Source: Thermotogota bacterium (GTDB taxonomy: Bacteria > Thermotogota > Thermotogae > Petrotogales > Petrotogaceae). From it: 57,065 bases of DNA. The notes under the pieces are model-generated. The model was not told where the DNA came from and searched no databases. It saw only the letters and a list, made by a program, of their open reading frames with translations. Position 1 is the stretch's first letter; each line of letters opens with the position of its first letter. The translations under genes were made by a program, and so were the position numbers. The stretch covers positions 1 to 57,065 of the forward strand of contig JBNJGY010000006.1 of the NCBI GenBank assembly GCA_051748045.1, in the 5' to 3' direction. This document shows, in pieces, positions 20,381-30,392 of the stretch.

Positions 20381-21340
20381 ATGGTGAAAATATTAAAAAT
20401 CATTAGTTTCACTATATTAATTATTGTAATTCTAATAGCTTCATTTATATTGATTTCTTTAATAAATCATATGAAAAAACTAAAAAAAGAAAAGTTAGAA
20501 AATTCTCCTTTAGGTAAACTAGTAAAGGTAAATGGAAAAAATATCCATATTTATGCTGAAGGTGAGGGGAAAAATACAATAGTTTTTTTAGCAGGGCACG
20601 GAACTAATTGTCCAACATTAGATTTTAAAATTTTGTGGGAAAAAATGTTGGATGATTATAGAATTGTTGTTGTAGAAAGATCAGGTTATGGATGGAGTGA
20701 TATTTCTAATAATCCAAAAGATATAGATTCTCTTCTTGAAGAAACAAGAAAATCTTTAAACTTAGCTGGAGAAACAGGACCTTTTATATTATTTCCACAT
20801 TCGATGTCGGGATTAGAATCGATATACTGGGCACAAAAACACCCAAATGAAATTAAGGCTATAATTGGTTTGGACGCTTGTGTTCCAGAAACTTATGACA
20901 TTTTACCTAAAGAAAATAAAGCCAAACTGTTATTTACTTATGTAATTTCTAGAATAGGTATGTCTAGATTTATGCCTGGCTCAGATTTAAAAAAATATTT
21001 CCCCATTTTGAAATCTAGCATTTTAAATGATGAAGAAAAGAATAAATACATTAAGATTTTTTATAAAAACTCATTCTCAAAAGATATGTTAAGAGAGACA
21101 AAATATATGAAAAAAAATTCTAAAAAAATAAGAGAGCTAAACCCTCCGGTAAATACCCCCATGTTATTTTTCATATCAAAAAAACAAGATAGTTCTATAA
21201 AAAATTGGGGTAAAGTTATCATAGATTACCTTTCAAAAATCCCCAAAAGTAAATATTATTATTTAGATACAGATCACTATGTACATTATCATAAATCAGA
21301 TATAATAGTTGAAAAATCTAAATCTTTTTTGAAAAAATAA
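20381..21340 (+). CDS. Membrane-anchored alpha/beta hydrolase
   Basis: N-terminal TM; VFLAGHG, RSGYGWS, nucleophile elbow PHSMSG, C-terminal DHYVH. Confidence 0.85.
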   Translation: MVKILKIISFTILIIVILIASFILISLINHMKKLKKEKLENSPLGKLVKVNGKNIHIYAEGEGKNTIVFLAGHGTNCPTLDFKILWEKMLDDYRIVVVERSGYGWSDISNNPKDIDSLLEETRKSLNLAGETGPFILFPHSMSGLESIYWAQKHPNEIKAIIGLDACVPETYDILPKENKAKLLFTYVISRIGMSRFMPGSDLKKYFPILKSSILNDEEKNKYIKIFYKNSFSKDMLRETKYMKKNSKKIRELNPPVNTPMLFFISKKQDSSIKNWGKVIIDYLSKIPKSKYYYLDTDHYVHYHKSDIIVEKSKSFLKK

Positions 21341-21363
21341 AATATAAATTTCTGAGGTGAAAA

Positions 21364-21924
21364 ATGATAAAAGTTAAAAAATCTTCTGAAAAAGCTTCTC
21401 CATTTATAAGACTAGTTGGACTTTGGTTAATGCTCATTGGAATAGTAATTCTGATCTCTCTTTTGATTGGAGGAAAATTCTTTTTAAATCCTTTTGTTTT
21501 CATGATTGGATATTCCCTTAGCATTTATATAGTGGAATTTAATGTATCAATTAGAAAAAAATTTATATTAAAAGGCGAGTTAAGTAAATTTCAAAAGAAA
21601 ATGTCTAAATATGGAGATATATCGCTTTTTCCTCTTATATTTATATTTGGTGGATCATTTATCCCAACAGGAGATTGGAGATTAGTGTGGTTGAATGTAT
21701 TTTTGGCTACTGGCATTCATTTCTTATTTTTTCTTCCAGTCAATGGTAAAATAATGCTTTACCTCAGTTTATTATGTACATTAAACCCTTTAATAGGTAT
21801 TATATTTGATGATACACCTTTTATAATATTTGGTTTATTAGATTTTATTATAAAATTTTCTTTTGGTATTTATATATTTATTAAACATAAACCAAAAAAT
21901 AGGAAGGAGCTTTCTTTTGAATAA
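21364..21924 (+). CDS. Hypothetical integral membrane protein (DUF6609-like)
   Basis: About six hydrophobic segments; W-L-x2-FLATGIHFLFF-x2-V-x-G motif. Confidence 0.6.
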   Translation: MIKVKKSSEKASPFIRLVGLWLMLIGIVILISLLIGGKFFLNPFVFMIGYSLSIYIVEFNVSIRKKFILKGELSKFQKKMSKYGDISLFPLIFIFGGSFIPTGDWRLVWLNVFLATGIHFLFFLPVNGKIMLYLSLLCTLNPLIGIIFDDTPFIIFGLLDFIIKFSFGIYIFIKHKPKNRKELSFE

Positions 21925-23014
21925 AACTAAAATTAGGCAAGAAAAAAAATTGTACTTCTTGAAAACTGGGAAAAATATAGAAGTTGGTAATATTCATAAT
22001 TTACCAATAAGCTTAGAAGAAATTAAAAACATTGATAAAAATTCAAAATATATAAGAGAAATACATAAAGACGGATTGACAGCTGAGGTATTCAAAATTG
22101 AGATAGAAGGAGAATTCTATAACTTAAAAAAGAAAAGAAAGGAAATACTCGTCAAAAATGTAGATGGACAAACATCTTTTTTAAATGAAGTACAAAGAAG
22201 AAGAGATTTTGAAAAATTGAGAATAGAAAATGAAGTTTTAGATAAAGGTATTATAAAAACAATATATGCAAATTTAAACGATGGTTTTATTCTTTCTGAA
22301 TGGATAGAAGGAAATTCTATTAAAGAATATAATAGAGATATTTTCAAAAAGCTTTTCAAATTGTTGGTAAATATAGAATTAAATGGAATAATGGAATGGG
22401 ATGTTTGTAGTGGAAATATTCTCATGGATAAAAAAAGTGAAATCAAACTTTTTGATTTTGGATATACTTATCTCTTTAACCCTCTAAAAGAGTTTAATTC
22501 AGAAGGGAAATCAGAACCTTTGTTTCACAGTGTAGAGAGATTTGAAACAAGAACATTTATGCAATACCTTTTGGATAAAGAAATGGAAACAAACAGTGAA
22601 AAAACTCTAGAATTATATAAAGTTGAAAAAGAAGAGGCTATTGATGCTTATAATTACAAAATTAGATGGCTAAGAGACAATAGCGCTGATTTAGATGTAA
22701 TAGATTATTTTGAAAATCTTGTTAAAAAATGGAAAAAAGGTATTCAAAATAAAGATTCCTTAAATAACCTTTATGATTTAGAAAGATTCAGATCATATAT
22801 CTTAGATGTTAATGATGACATAAGCGGAAAAAGCTGTACAAAAAAAACTCTTCAAAAATCTGACATTATTTTAGATATAATAGAAACTAAACACTCTTTT
22901 TTAGAAAAACACAATGGTTATCTTTGGGATGATAAAAAATTATATAAAGAAGACTTATTAAATAAATATAATGTTATAAGAAATAAAGTTATTGAATATC
23001 AACTGAAAAATTGA
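21917..23014 (+). CDS. Protein-kinase-like phosphotransferase
   Basis: GLTAEVFK, YNLKK, ILSEWIEG hinge, WDVCSGN catalytic loop, KLFDFG. TTG start after SD GGAAGGAG. Confidence 0.75.
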   Translation: MNKTKIRQEKKLYFLKTGKNIEVGNIHNLPISLEEIKNIDKNSKYIREIHKDGLTAEVFKIEIEGEFYNLKKKRKEILVKNVDGQTSFLNEVQRRRDFEKLRIENEVLDKGIIKTIYANLNDGFILSEWIEGNSIKEYNRDIFKKLFKLLVNIELNGIMEWDVCSGNILMDKKSEIKLFDFGYTYLFNPLKEFNSEGKSEPLFHSVERFETRTFMQYLLDKEMETNSEKTLELYKVEKEEAIDAYNYKIRWLRDNSADLDVIDYFENLVKKWKKGIQNKDSLNNLYDLERFRSYILDVNDDISGKSCTKKTLQKSDIILDIIETKHSFLEKHNGYLWDDKKLYKEDLLNKYNVIRNKVIEYQLKN

Positions 23015-23031
23015 TAAGGGGATGAAAAATC

Positions 23032-23790
23032 ATGAAAATAGGTATAGCGTTAGGGGGCGGAGGAACAAAAGGATTTGCTCATTTAGGAGTACTAAAAGCT
23101 TTAGAAGAAAAAAGTATTGTTCCAAACGTGTTTTCTGGAACTAGTGCAGGAGCTATTGTAGCAGCTTTACTCTCTTTTAATAAAAAACCCGATGAAATAT
23201 ATGAGATATTAAAAGATTTAAAATTAATGGACGCTGCAAAACTTAAATTTCCAAAAAAAGGATTTGCAAGTTTAGAAAAATTAAAAGAAAAATTAGAAAA
23301 AATTTTTGATAATAAAAATATTGAAGATTTAAATCATCCACTTTTTATAGGTGTAACTAACCTTAACACAGGGAAAGCTGAGTATCTTAATAAAGGTAAC
23401 ATAACAAAAGCTATTCAAGCTTCATCTTCAATTCCAATTCTCTTCACTCCAGTTGAAATTAATGGAAATCAATATATAGATGGAGGTTTAGTTGACAATG
23501 TTCCCATAAATCCTTTAACAAAAATTTGTGATAAAATAATTGCTATAGATATTATGCCAACAAAAGAAGTTAGAGATTTTAATAATATAGGAGACATAAT
23601 AAACAGAATTTTTGACATAAGTATTAGTATGCAAGGGCAATATAAAAAACAATGTGATTTATTAATAGAATTAGAAAAATTACCTGAAAACAATATCTTA
23701 GATACTAGTAAAAATGAAAAAATGTTTGAAATTGGCTATAAATATGTAAAAAACATGAGCGAAGAAGAATTCAGCAATATATTAAGCTAA
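23032..23790 (+). CDS. Patatin-like phospholipase (RssA/NTE type)
   Basis: LGGGGTKG, GTSAG, DGG. Confidence 0.92.
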   Translation: MKIGIALGGGGTKGFAHLGVLKALEEKSIVPNVFSGTSAGAIVAALLSFNKKPDEIYEILKDLKLMDAAKLKFPKKGFASLEKLKEKLEKIFDNKNIEDLNHPLFIGVTNLNTGKAEYLNKGNITKAIQASSSIPILFTPVEINGNQYIDGGLVDNVPINPLTKICDKIIAIDIMPTKEVRDFNNIGDIINRIFDISISMQGQYKKQCDLLIELEKLPENNILDTSKNEKMFEIGYKYVKNMSEEEFSNILS

Positions 23791-23822
23791 CAAATATCCC
23801 CTTCTTTTGGGGATATTTGTTA
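23788..23822 (+). terminator. Hairpin terminator after patatin
   Basis: TAACAAATATCCCC-TTCTTTT-GGGGATATTTGTTA. Confidence 0.75.
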
Positions 23823-23823
23823 T

Positions 23824-23852
23824 TTGAATTTAATTAATTATAGTGATATTAT
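23824..23852 (+). promoter_or_regulatory. Candidate sigmaA promoter of pyrR
   Basis: TTGAAT, 17 nt, TATTAT with extended TG. Confidence 0.5.
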
Positions 23853-23882
23853 CAAGATACAAAAAGAAAAGGAGAGATAACA

Positions 23883-24419
23883 ATGAATATAAAAAAGAAA
23901 ATTATGGAAGAAAAAGACATTAAAAGAACACTAATGAGATTAGCTCATGAAATAACAGAAAAACATAAAGGTGTAGAAGATATAGTTTTAGCAGGTATAA
24001 AAACAAGAGGTGCATTTATAGCAGAAAGAATTAGAGAAAATTTGATTAAAATTGAAGATTTTAAGGTACCAGTTATAAAATTAGACGTAACCCCTTTTAG
24101 AGATGACGAAAAAAAATCTAATAATGACACCTCAGAATTTGATGTAGAGGTTAAAGATAAAACTTTAATTTTAGTAGATGATGTTTTGTTTACAGGAAGA
24201 ACTATTAGAGCAGCAATGGATTCGATAATCTCAAGAGGAAGACCCAGTCAAATTGAACTTCTTGTATTAGTGGATAGAGGACATAGAGAATTCCCTATAA
24301 AAGCAAATTTTATTGGAAAAAATCTACCTACATCCAAGACTAATGAAGCTGTTGAGGTGAAATTAGCTGAAATCGACAAATATCAAGAAGAAGGAGTATA
24401 TATTTACGATAACGTTTAA
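23883..24419 (+). CDS. pyrR: Bifunctional pyrimidine regulator / uracil phosphoribosyltransferase
   Basis: RLAHEI-x-E, GIKTRG, LVDDVLFTGRTIRAAMD, DRGHRE-x-PI. Confidence 0.95.
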   Translation: MNIKKKIMEEKDIKRTLMRLAHEITEKHKGVEDIVLAGIKTRGAFIAERIRENLIKIEDFKVPVIKLDVTPFRDDEKKSNNDTSEFDVEVKDKTLILVDDVLFTGRTIRAAMDSIISRGRPSQIELLVLVDRGHREFPIKANFIGKNLPTSKTNEAVEVKLAEIDKYQEEGVYIYDNV

Positions 24420-24435
24420 TTATCTCTGTATTAAC

Positions 24436-24463
24436 TTGATTTTCAAGTTTTTTTTGATATAAT
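24436..24463 (+). promoter_or_regulatory. Candidate sigmaA promoter of glgP
   Basis: TTGATT, 16 nt, TATAAT with extended TG. Confidence 0.5.
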
Positions 24464-24511
24464 GTATTGGAAGATAGCTCAAAGAGTAATTATTTGGAGG
24501 GAGGATATCCT

Positions 24512-27079
24512 ATGAATTTTTTAAACAAAGTAACGGTGGTACCAAGTTTACCGGAAAAAATCAAAGGATTAAAAGATTTATCCAGAAATATGTGGTGGAC
24601 TTGGAATTATGATTCTCAAGAACTTTTTGAAGAAATAGATCCTAACTTATGGAAAGAAGTTAACAGAAACCCTGTTATTTTTTTAAAACAAGTTAGTCAA
24701 AAGAAACTTGAGGAAAAATCAAGTGATAACAAGTATTGCGAAAAATATGAAAATGTTATGAAAAAATTTGATCAATACTTAAATGAAGAAAACACTTGGT
24801 TCAGCTCCACACATAAAGACTATTCACAAGGCGAAATAGCCTATTTTTGTGCTGAATATGGTATTCATGAATCATTACCAATCTATTCCGGGGGATTAGG
24901 TATTTTAGCAGGAGACCATGTAAAATCAGCAAGCGATTTAGGTTTACCTTTTGTAGCAGTAGGATTTTTATATAGAGAAGGTTACTTTATACAGCAAATC
25001 GATAAACATGGTCAACAACATTCTCATTATGAACATTTTGATTTCTCGAATTTCCCTGTTGAACCAGCAAAAGATGAAAACGGGGATGAAATATTTGTTA
25101 ATATAAAAATATTAGGAAGATCAGTTTATGTAAAGGTTTGGGAATTAAAAGTAGGAAGGATAACCCTATTCTTACTAGATACTGATATAAAACAAAATGA
25201 TCCTGAAGATAGAAGATTAACTCATAGACTTTATGGTGGAGACCATGAAATGAGAATTAAACAAGAAATGCTTCTAGGAATAGCAGGAGTTAGAGCATTA
25301 AGAAAAATGAAAATAAATCCTTCTGTATGGCATATGAATGAAGGGCATGCAGCATTTTTAAGTCTTGAAAGAACCAAAGAATATGTTCAAAATGAAAATT
25401 TAACTTTCAAAGAAGCTACCGAAATCACAAGAGCTGGTTCAGTTTTCACAACTCATACTCCAGTTCCAGCAGGAAATGATGCATTTGATTTTCATTTGAT
25501 TGAAAAATATTTTAGTGATTATTGGCCAGCATTAGATGCAACTAGAGATGAATTTTTTGATTTAGGAAGAGAACAAAGACCCGATGGTTCACAAGCATTC
25601 TCTATGACTATCCTTGCTTTAAAAATGGCTGGTAGGGCTAATGGTGTTTCTGAATTACATGGAAAAGTTTCTAGAGGATTATGGAAACATGTATGGGAAG
25701 GACTTGAATCTGTTGAAGTGCCTATATCTCATGTTACTAACGGAGTACATAGTGAAACATGGATAGCAAAAGATTTACAAGATTTATTCACAAATGAATT
25801 AGATAAAAATTGGGTTTCAAAATTAGATGATCCAGATATGTGGGCTAAAATAGATAATATTTCAAATGAAAAACTTTGGAATACTCATGTAGAATTAAAA
25901 GGTAAATTAGTTGATTTCATTCATGATAGAGTGAAAGCTCAAAGAGAAAGACATGGTGAAACAGTAGAACAATTGCAAGAAATCAAAACAATTGGAGATA
26001 AAAACACTTTAACATTAGGTTTTGCCAGAAGATTTGCCACTTATAAAAGAGCGACATTAATATTTAGAGACTTAGAGAGATTAGAAAAAATATTAAATAA
26101 TCCAGAAAAACCAGTCCAAATTGTTTTTGCTGGTAAAGCTCATCCAGCTGATAAACCTGGACAAGAATTAATAAAAAGAATTTACGAAATTTCAAGAATG
26201 CCTCAATTCAAAGATAAAATAATAATTTTAGAAAACTATGATATGAATATGGCTAGATATCTTGTTTCTGGAGTAGATATATGGTTAAACAACCCTAGAA
26301 GACCTCATGAAGCTTCTGGTACTTCAGGAGAAAAAGCAGGAATGAATGGTGCAATGAATTTCTCAGTTCTAGATGGTTGGTGGGTTGAAGGTTATAATGG
26401 TGAAGAAGATAAAAGAAATGGTTGGGCAATTGGAGATAATAGAGACTATGAAGATAAAGATCTTCAAGATAGAATTGACAGTGTTTCAATTTATAATACT
26501 TTAGAAAATGAGATAATACCAGCTTATTACTCAAAAGATAAAACAAAATGGATCAATATCATGAAAAATTCTATCTCATCAACAGCTGAATTCTTCAACA
26601 CATCAAGAATGTTAAAAGAGTACACACAAAAATTATATATGCCAGCGGCTGTACAAGCTAAGAAGTTCTTTAAAGAAGAATATAAAGTAACAAAAGATTT
26701 TGCACGTTGGAGAGATATACTAGAAAGAAACTGGCAAGCAATTAAAATAAAAGTTCTTTCTAACCAAAATATGGACGAACAATTTGAAGTTGGTAAAGAA
26801 GTAGAAATAGAAGCAGAAGTGTATTTACCAGGAATTGGTCCGGATTCAATTGAACCAGAAATAGTTTTGGCAAGAATACAAAATGAACAAGTAATGAACT
26901 TAAAAACATTTAAAATGAAATTGACCAAAGAAGCTCAAAAAGATACTTACATTTTCAAAGGTTCTTTTGAAATTGATGAAAGAGGTTATTATGGATATAA
27001 TGTTAGAATTTCAGCAAGTCATCCATACATGCCACACAAGAATTATTTAATGGGATTAGTTAAACACCCAGCGTTTTAA
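24512..27079 (+). CDS. glgP: Alpha-glucan (glycogen/maltodextrin) phosphorylase
   Basis: YSGGLGILAGD, HMNEGH, FARRFATYKR, PLP site EASGTSGEK. SD GGAGG before ATG 24512. Confidence 0.94.
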   Translation: MNFLNKVTVVPSLPEKIKGLKDLSRNMWWTWNYDSQELFEEIDPNLWKEVNRNPVIFLKQVSQKKLEEKSSDNKYCEKYENVMKKFDQYLNEENTWFSSTHKDYSQGEIAYFCAEYGIHESLPIYSGGLGILAGDHVKSASDLGLPFVAVGFLYREGYFIQQIDKHGQQHSHYEHFDFSNFPVEPAKDENGDEIFVNIKILGRSVYVKVWELKVGRITLFLLDTDIKQNDPEDRRLTHRLYGGDHEMRIKQEMLLGIAGVRALRKMKINPSVWHMNEGHAAFLSLERTKEYVQNENLTFKEATEITRAGSVFTTHTPVPAGNDAFDFHLIEKYFSDYWPALDATRDEFFDLGREQRPDGSQAFSMTILALKMAGRANGVSELHGKVSRGLWKHVWEGLESVEVPISHVTNGVHSETWIAKDLQDLFTNELDKNWVSKLDDPDMWAKIDNISNEKLWNTHVELKGKLVDFIHDRVKAQRERHGETVEQLQEIKTIGDKNTLTLGFARRFATYKRATLIFRDLERLEKILNNPEKPVQIVFAGKAHPADKPGQELIKRIYEISRMPQFKDKIIILENYDMNMARYLVSGVDIWLNNPRRPHEASGTSGEKAGMNGAMNFSVLDGWWVEGYNGEEDKRNGWAIGDNRDYEDKDLQDRIDSVSIYNTLENEIIPAYYSKDKTKWINIMKNSISSTAEFFNTSRMLKEYTQKLYMPAAVQAKKFFKEEYKVTKDFARWRDILERNWQAIKIKVLSNQNMDEQFEVGKEVEIEAEVYLPGIGPDSIEPEIVLARIQNEQVMNLKTFKMKLTKEAQKDTYIFKGSFEIDERGYYGYNVRISASHPYMPHKNYLMGLVKHPAF

Positions 27080-27091
27080 TCAATAAAAATC

Positions 27092-27123
27092 AACGACCTT
27101 TCTTTTCAGAAAGGTCGTTTTTT
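27092..27123. terminator. Terminator between convergent glgP and the nrdJ operon
   Basis: AACGACCTTTCT-TTTC-AGAAAGGTCGTT plus T-run. Confidence 0.8.
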
Positions 27124-27124
27124 A

Positions 27125-27670
27125 TTATTCAAAAATGGGAAATCTTAATCCAGAAATATACTCGTCATCTTTATTGTACTCACCAGAATAATCATCTATT
27201 TGTTTACCTGTTTCATAATCCATGACACTCATATAACAACTTCCATCTGGCGCCTCTGTAAATATTGAAGGAAGATATTCTAATTCTTCTTCTGTTTTTC
27301 CTTCATCATCGTCCATAGCAACCTCTGAAAGAACTGAATAAGCATGTACCTTTGATATTTGAGCTATATTATGAAGAAAAAGGCTTAAATTTTTTAATTC
27401 TTCTTCGCTTTCTACTTCAAAAGGAAAATAAATTGGAATTATATTTTCTTGTATATCATAAAAATCCATATATTCTCTTAATTCTTCTTCATAATCAGGA
27501 TCATTTTGTTTAATAAAATTTAAAAACTCTTCTTTTTTTTCTTCTGTTTCAAAACTCATCCACAAAAGAAAAACAGGATGAATATGATCGCCATGTAAAA
27601 AACCTTCATTTTTCACATTTTTTAAAAATGTATCATGAAATTTTTTATAACCTTTAAAATCTTTACTCAT
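27125..27670 (-). CDS. Acidic hypothetical protein downstream of nrdJ
   Basis: 181-aa ORF with SD AGGAGG, 15 nt after the nrdJ stop. Confidence 0.75.
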   Translation of the reverse strand: MSKDFKGYKKFHDTFLKNVKNEGFLHGDHIHPVFLLWMSFETEEKKEEFLNFIKQNDPDYEEELREYMDFYDIQENIIPIYFPFEVESEEELKNLSLFLHNIAQISKVHAYSVLSEVAMDDDEGKTEEELEYLPSIFTEAPDGSCYMSVMDYETGKQIDDYSGEYNKDDEYISGLRFPIFE

Positions 27671-27685
27671 AAAATGCCTCCTATC

Positions 27686-30193
27686 TTAAGAACATTTAGA
27701 CCATCCACAAGTCTTACAAGAAGTACAACCTGATTCCATAATAAGAGAATTTTTATTTAAACAACTTGGACAATATGTATTCCCTTCTGAATCAACATAT
27801 ACACCTTTATCATATTTTAGCCCATTAACGTGTACAAACTTTTCTATTTCTTCTTTAGATTTTGGTTTACCTGTTTTATATACTTCATAAGAATCAATTT
27901 CTTCTTTCCACAGTTCTGCAAAATCCTCAATAGCTTTTCTAACCTCTTCTGCTAGATTTTTACAATATCCACCTTTTACTTTTTTAAGCTGTTCTATAAT
28001 TTCATCAGATGAAACTCCAGCCCTCAAGGCGATTGAAGATAGTCTTCCTATAATTTCTGTTGTTTCAGTCCCATCAGATAAGAAAACTTCTATTGCTTCT
28101 CCATTATCATCAAAAGAAAGTGTTATATAAACAGTGCTTTCATCAAATTTGAATTTTCTTGTAACACTTCTTAGTGTTTCTTTTCTTGGCCTTGCTCTTA
28201 ATTTATGTTTTTCATCTAATACAAAGAAAGTTACTTTTTTGTCTTCCTTTTTATCTTTATTTTTTTCTAGAACTTGAGTCTGTAAACTTCCATCTCTATA
28301 TATAGTTATTCCTTTTATATTTAAATCAAGTGCCTTTTCATAGATATTATAAACCTCATCAACAGTAATTTCTTTGTGCATATTTATTGTTTTCGAACAA
28401 GATGCATCTAAATAACTTTGTATAACATGTTGCGCTAAAAGATGATCTTCAGCGCTAATATCCATTGAAGTAACGAAAATATTTTTATAATCTTCAGAAA
28501 TATCATCAATATTAGTAAGACTTCCATGTTCGATAACTTCTGCTTCTAAGCTTTCTGTTAAATCATCTCCCATTTTATCAACTAAAATAGAATTTATATA
28601 TGGAAGAGGAACACGATTTCCTTCTTTATCTGTCATATACCTTATATAAGCCAACATGAAATTTGGTTCGATACCAGAAGAAGTATCAGCTATATTTGAT
28701 ATAGAACCAGTTGGAGCTACTGTATTGGTTTGTACATTTCTTTTAAATTTAGTTGCTGTTTTCGTAAAGTGGTCTCTTAATTTTTTGTTCCATGTTTTGA
28801 TATCATCATCAAAAGAATCATCTAACATAGGAATTGGGATGAACCCCTTAGGATATTTAGACTTTTCAAAATCGGGAAAATTCCCTCTTTTTTCAGCTAA
28901 TTTAGAACTTGCTACATGAGAAAAATATGCTAAAGATGCTGTAGCTTTAGCCATGAAATTTCTTCCTTCTTTAGAATTATAGGCTAAAGATTTTTTATAT
29001 AATGCATCTGCTAGTCCCATTATACCAAGACCTATGAATCTCTGTTTCTTAGAAATTTCATCTATTTGTTTTAATGGATAAACGTTTATATCAATAACAT
29101 CATCTAAAAATCTTGAAGCCCAATAAACTATATCTTCAAAAACTTTTAAATTTTTATCATTTGGATTTCCAATATCTACAAAATCGATAAGTTTTGCTAT
29201 ATCAATAGATCCTAAATTACAGCTTCCAAAAGGTGGCAAAGGCTCTTCTCCACAAGGATTAGTGGCTTGAACGGGAGTTTCATGACCCATTGCATAATAT
29301 TCGTTATGTTTTCCTAAAAATAACAAACCAGGGTCTCCAGATTTCCAAGCATTTTCACTTATTTTCCTTAAATATTCTTTTGCGTTTAATTTTGATGTTT
29401 TATCAGAATAAGGATGTTCAAGAGTTATCTCTTCTTCATTTTTCAATTTAGTTTTGAAATTATCAACATCATCTATATTAATTGAGATATTAAAGTAATT
29501 TAATACACTGTTACCATCATTATCTTTCTTCGAATTAATAAAATCCAAAACATCTGGATGATCATATTTCATAACAGCCATTTGAGCAGCTCTTCTTGCT
29601 CCACCTTGTTCAATGGTGGATGCTGATGTGTTAAAAACATGCATAAAACTAATTGGCCCAGACGACTTACCGCCAGTCCCAGCGATTGATGTCCCTCTAG
29701 GTCTCAGTACAGAAAAGTCATATCCTACTCCACCACCATATTTCATTATCAGTGCAGATTGCTTCACTGATTCAAAAATACCGTCCATTGAATCGTCCAT
29801 CGGAACAACAAAACAAGCTGAAAGCATATTATGCTTACTTTTTGAATCATATATTTTTTGATAATCTTCAAATTTCATCTTATCTATCTCTTTTTGAAAA
29901 AGATCCAGAGGCATAGCTTTTCCAGAATTAAAAATAGTTGGACTATTTGGTAAAAATATTCTAGATTTTATTAAATTATAATATTTTTTTTCTATATCTT
30001 GAATTTCTTTAACATCTGAGGTATAATTTACTTCCGCAGATACAACATGTCGAGCTATTCTTTTACTTATATCAGCCCAATTTTCTTCTAAATAATTACC
30101 TTTAGCATCTTTCATTAAATACCTATCTTTTAAAATGGTATTAGCATTTTTAGAAGGTCTTACATCAATATACTTATTTAGAACCTTTTCCAT
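27686..30193 (-). CDS. nrdJ: Class II (adenosylcobalamin-dependent) ribonucleotide reductase
   Basis: FLPNSPT, LSACFV, TNPCGEEPL, SCNLGS, VAPTGSIS, GITIYRDGS; C-terminal TSCPD-like domain and Cys-rich tail. Start at ATG 30193 after SD AAAGGGGG. Confidence 0.92.
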   Translation of the reverse strand: MEKVLNKYIDVRPSKNANTILKDRYLMKDAKGNYLEENWADISKRIARHVVSAEVNYTSDVKEIQDIEKKYYNLIKSRIFLPNSPTIFNSGKAMPLDLFQKEIDKMKFEDYQKIYDSKSKHNMLSACFVVPMDDSMDGIFESVKQSALIMKYGGGVGYDFSVLRPRGTSIAGTGGKSSGPISFMHVFNTSASTIEQGGARRAAQMAVMKYDHPDVLDFINSKKDNDGNSVLNYFNISINIDDVDNFKTKLKNEEEITLEHPYSDKTSKLNAKEYLRKISENAWKSGDPGLLFLGKHNEYYAMGHETPVQATNPCGEEPLPPFGSCNLGSIDIAKLIDFVDIGNPNDKNLKVFEDIVYWASRFLDDVIDINVYPLKQIDEISKKQRFIGLGIMGLADALYKKSLAYNSKEGRNFMAKATASLAYFSHVASSKLAEKRGNFPDFEKSKYPKGFIPIPMLDDSFDDDIKTWNKKLRDHFTKTATKFKRNVQTNTVAPTGSISNIADTSSGIEPNFMLAYIRYMTDKEGNRVPLPYINSILVDKMGDDLTESLEAEVIEHGSLTNIDDISEDYKNIFVTSMDISAEDHLLAQHVIQSYLDASCSKTINMHKEITVDEVYNIYEKALDLNIKGITIYRDGSLQTQVLEKNKDKKEDKKVTFFVLDEKHKLRARPRKETLRSVTRKFKFDESTVYITLSFDDNGEAIEVFLSDGTETTEIIGRLSSIALRAGVSSDEIIEQLKKVKGGYCKNLAEEVRKAIEDFAELWKEEIDSYEVYKTGKPKSKEEIEKFVHVNGLKYDKGVYVDSEGNTYCPSCLNKNSLIMESGCTSCKTCGWSKCS

Positions 30194-30236
30194 GGAACAA
30201 TTCCCCCTTTTTGATCTGTTCGTTTGTTTAACGCGA

Positions 30237-30283
30237 CAACAATATATACGCATATCCAATGATAACACATCTATATCTAGTAT
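30237..30283. promoter_or_regulatory. Tandem NrdR boxes
   Basis: Cores CAATATATAC (30240-30249) and CTATATCTAG (30271-30280), 31 bp apart, directly upstream of nrdJ. Confidence 0.75.
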
Positions 30284-30392
30284 GATAGTTAATTTTTTAT
30301 TAAAAAATTATAGGGAATTTTCCAATGGATAAAAGGATTTTCAAATAAAATTAATCAAGACGTCAGATTAAAAATAAAATTAATATATCAAA

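Noticed and set aside
23032-23790. Patatin as a CBASS CapV effector
   Set aside because: No CD-NTase or Cap genes nearby; the sequence looks like the common RssA/NTE type.
30194-30392. Cobalamin riboswitch, or 25-aa N-terminal extension of nrdJ
   Set aside because: No B12-box seen; the region is explained by the SD and NrdR boxes.
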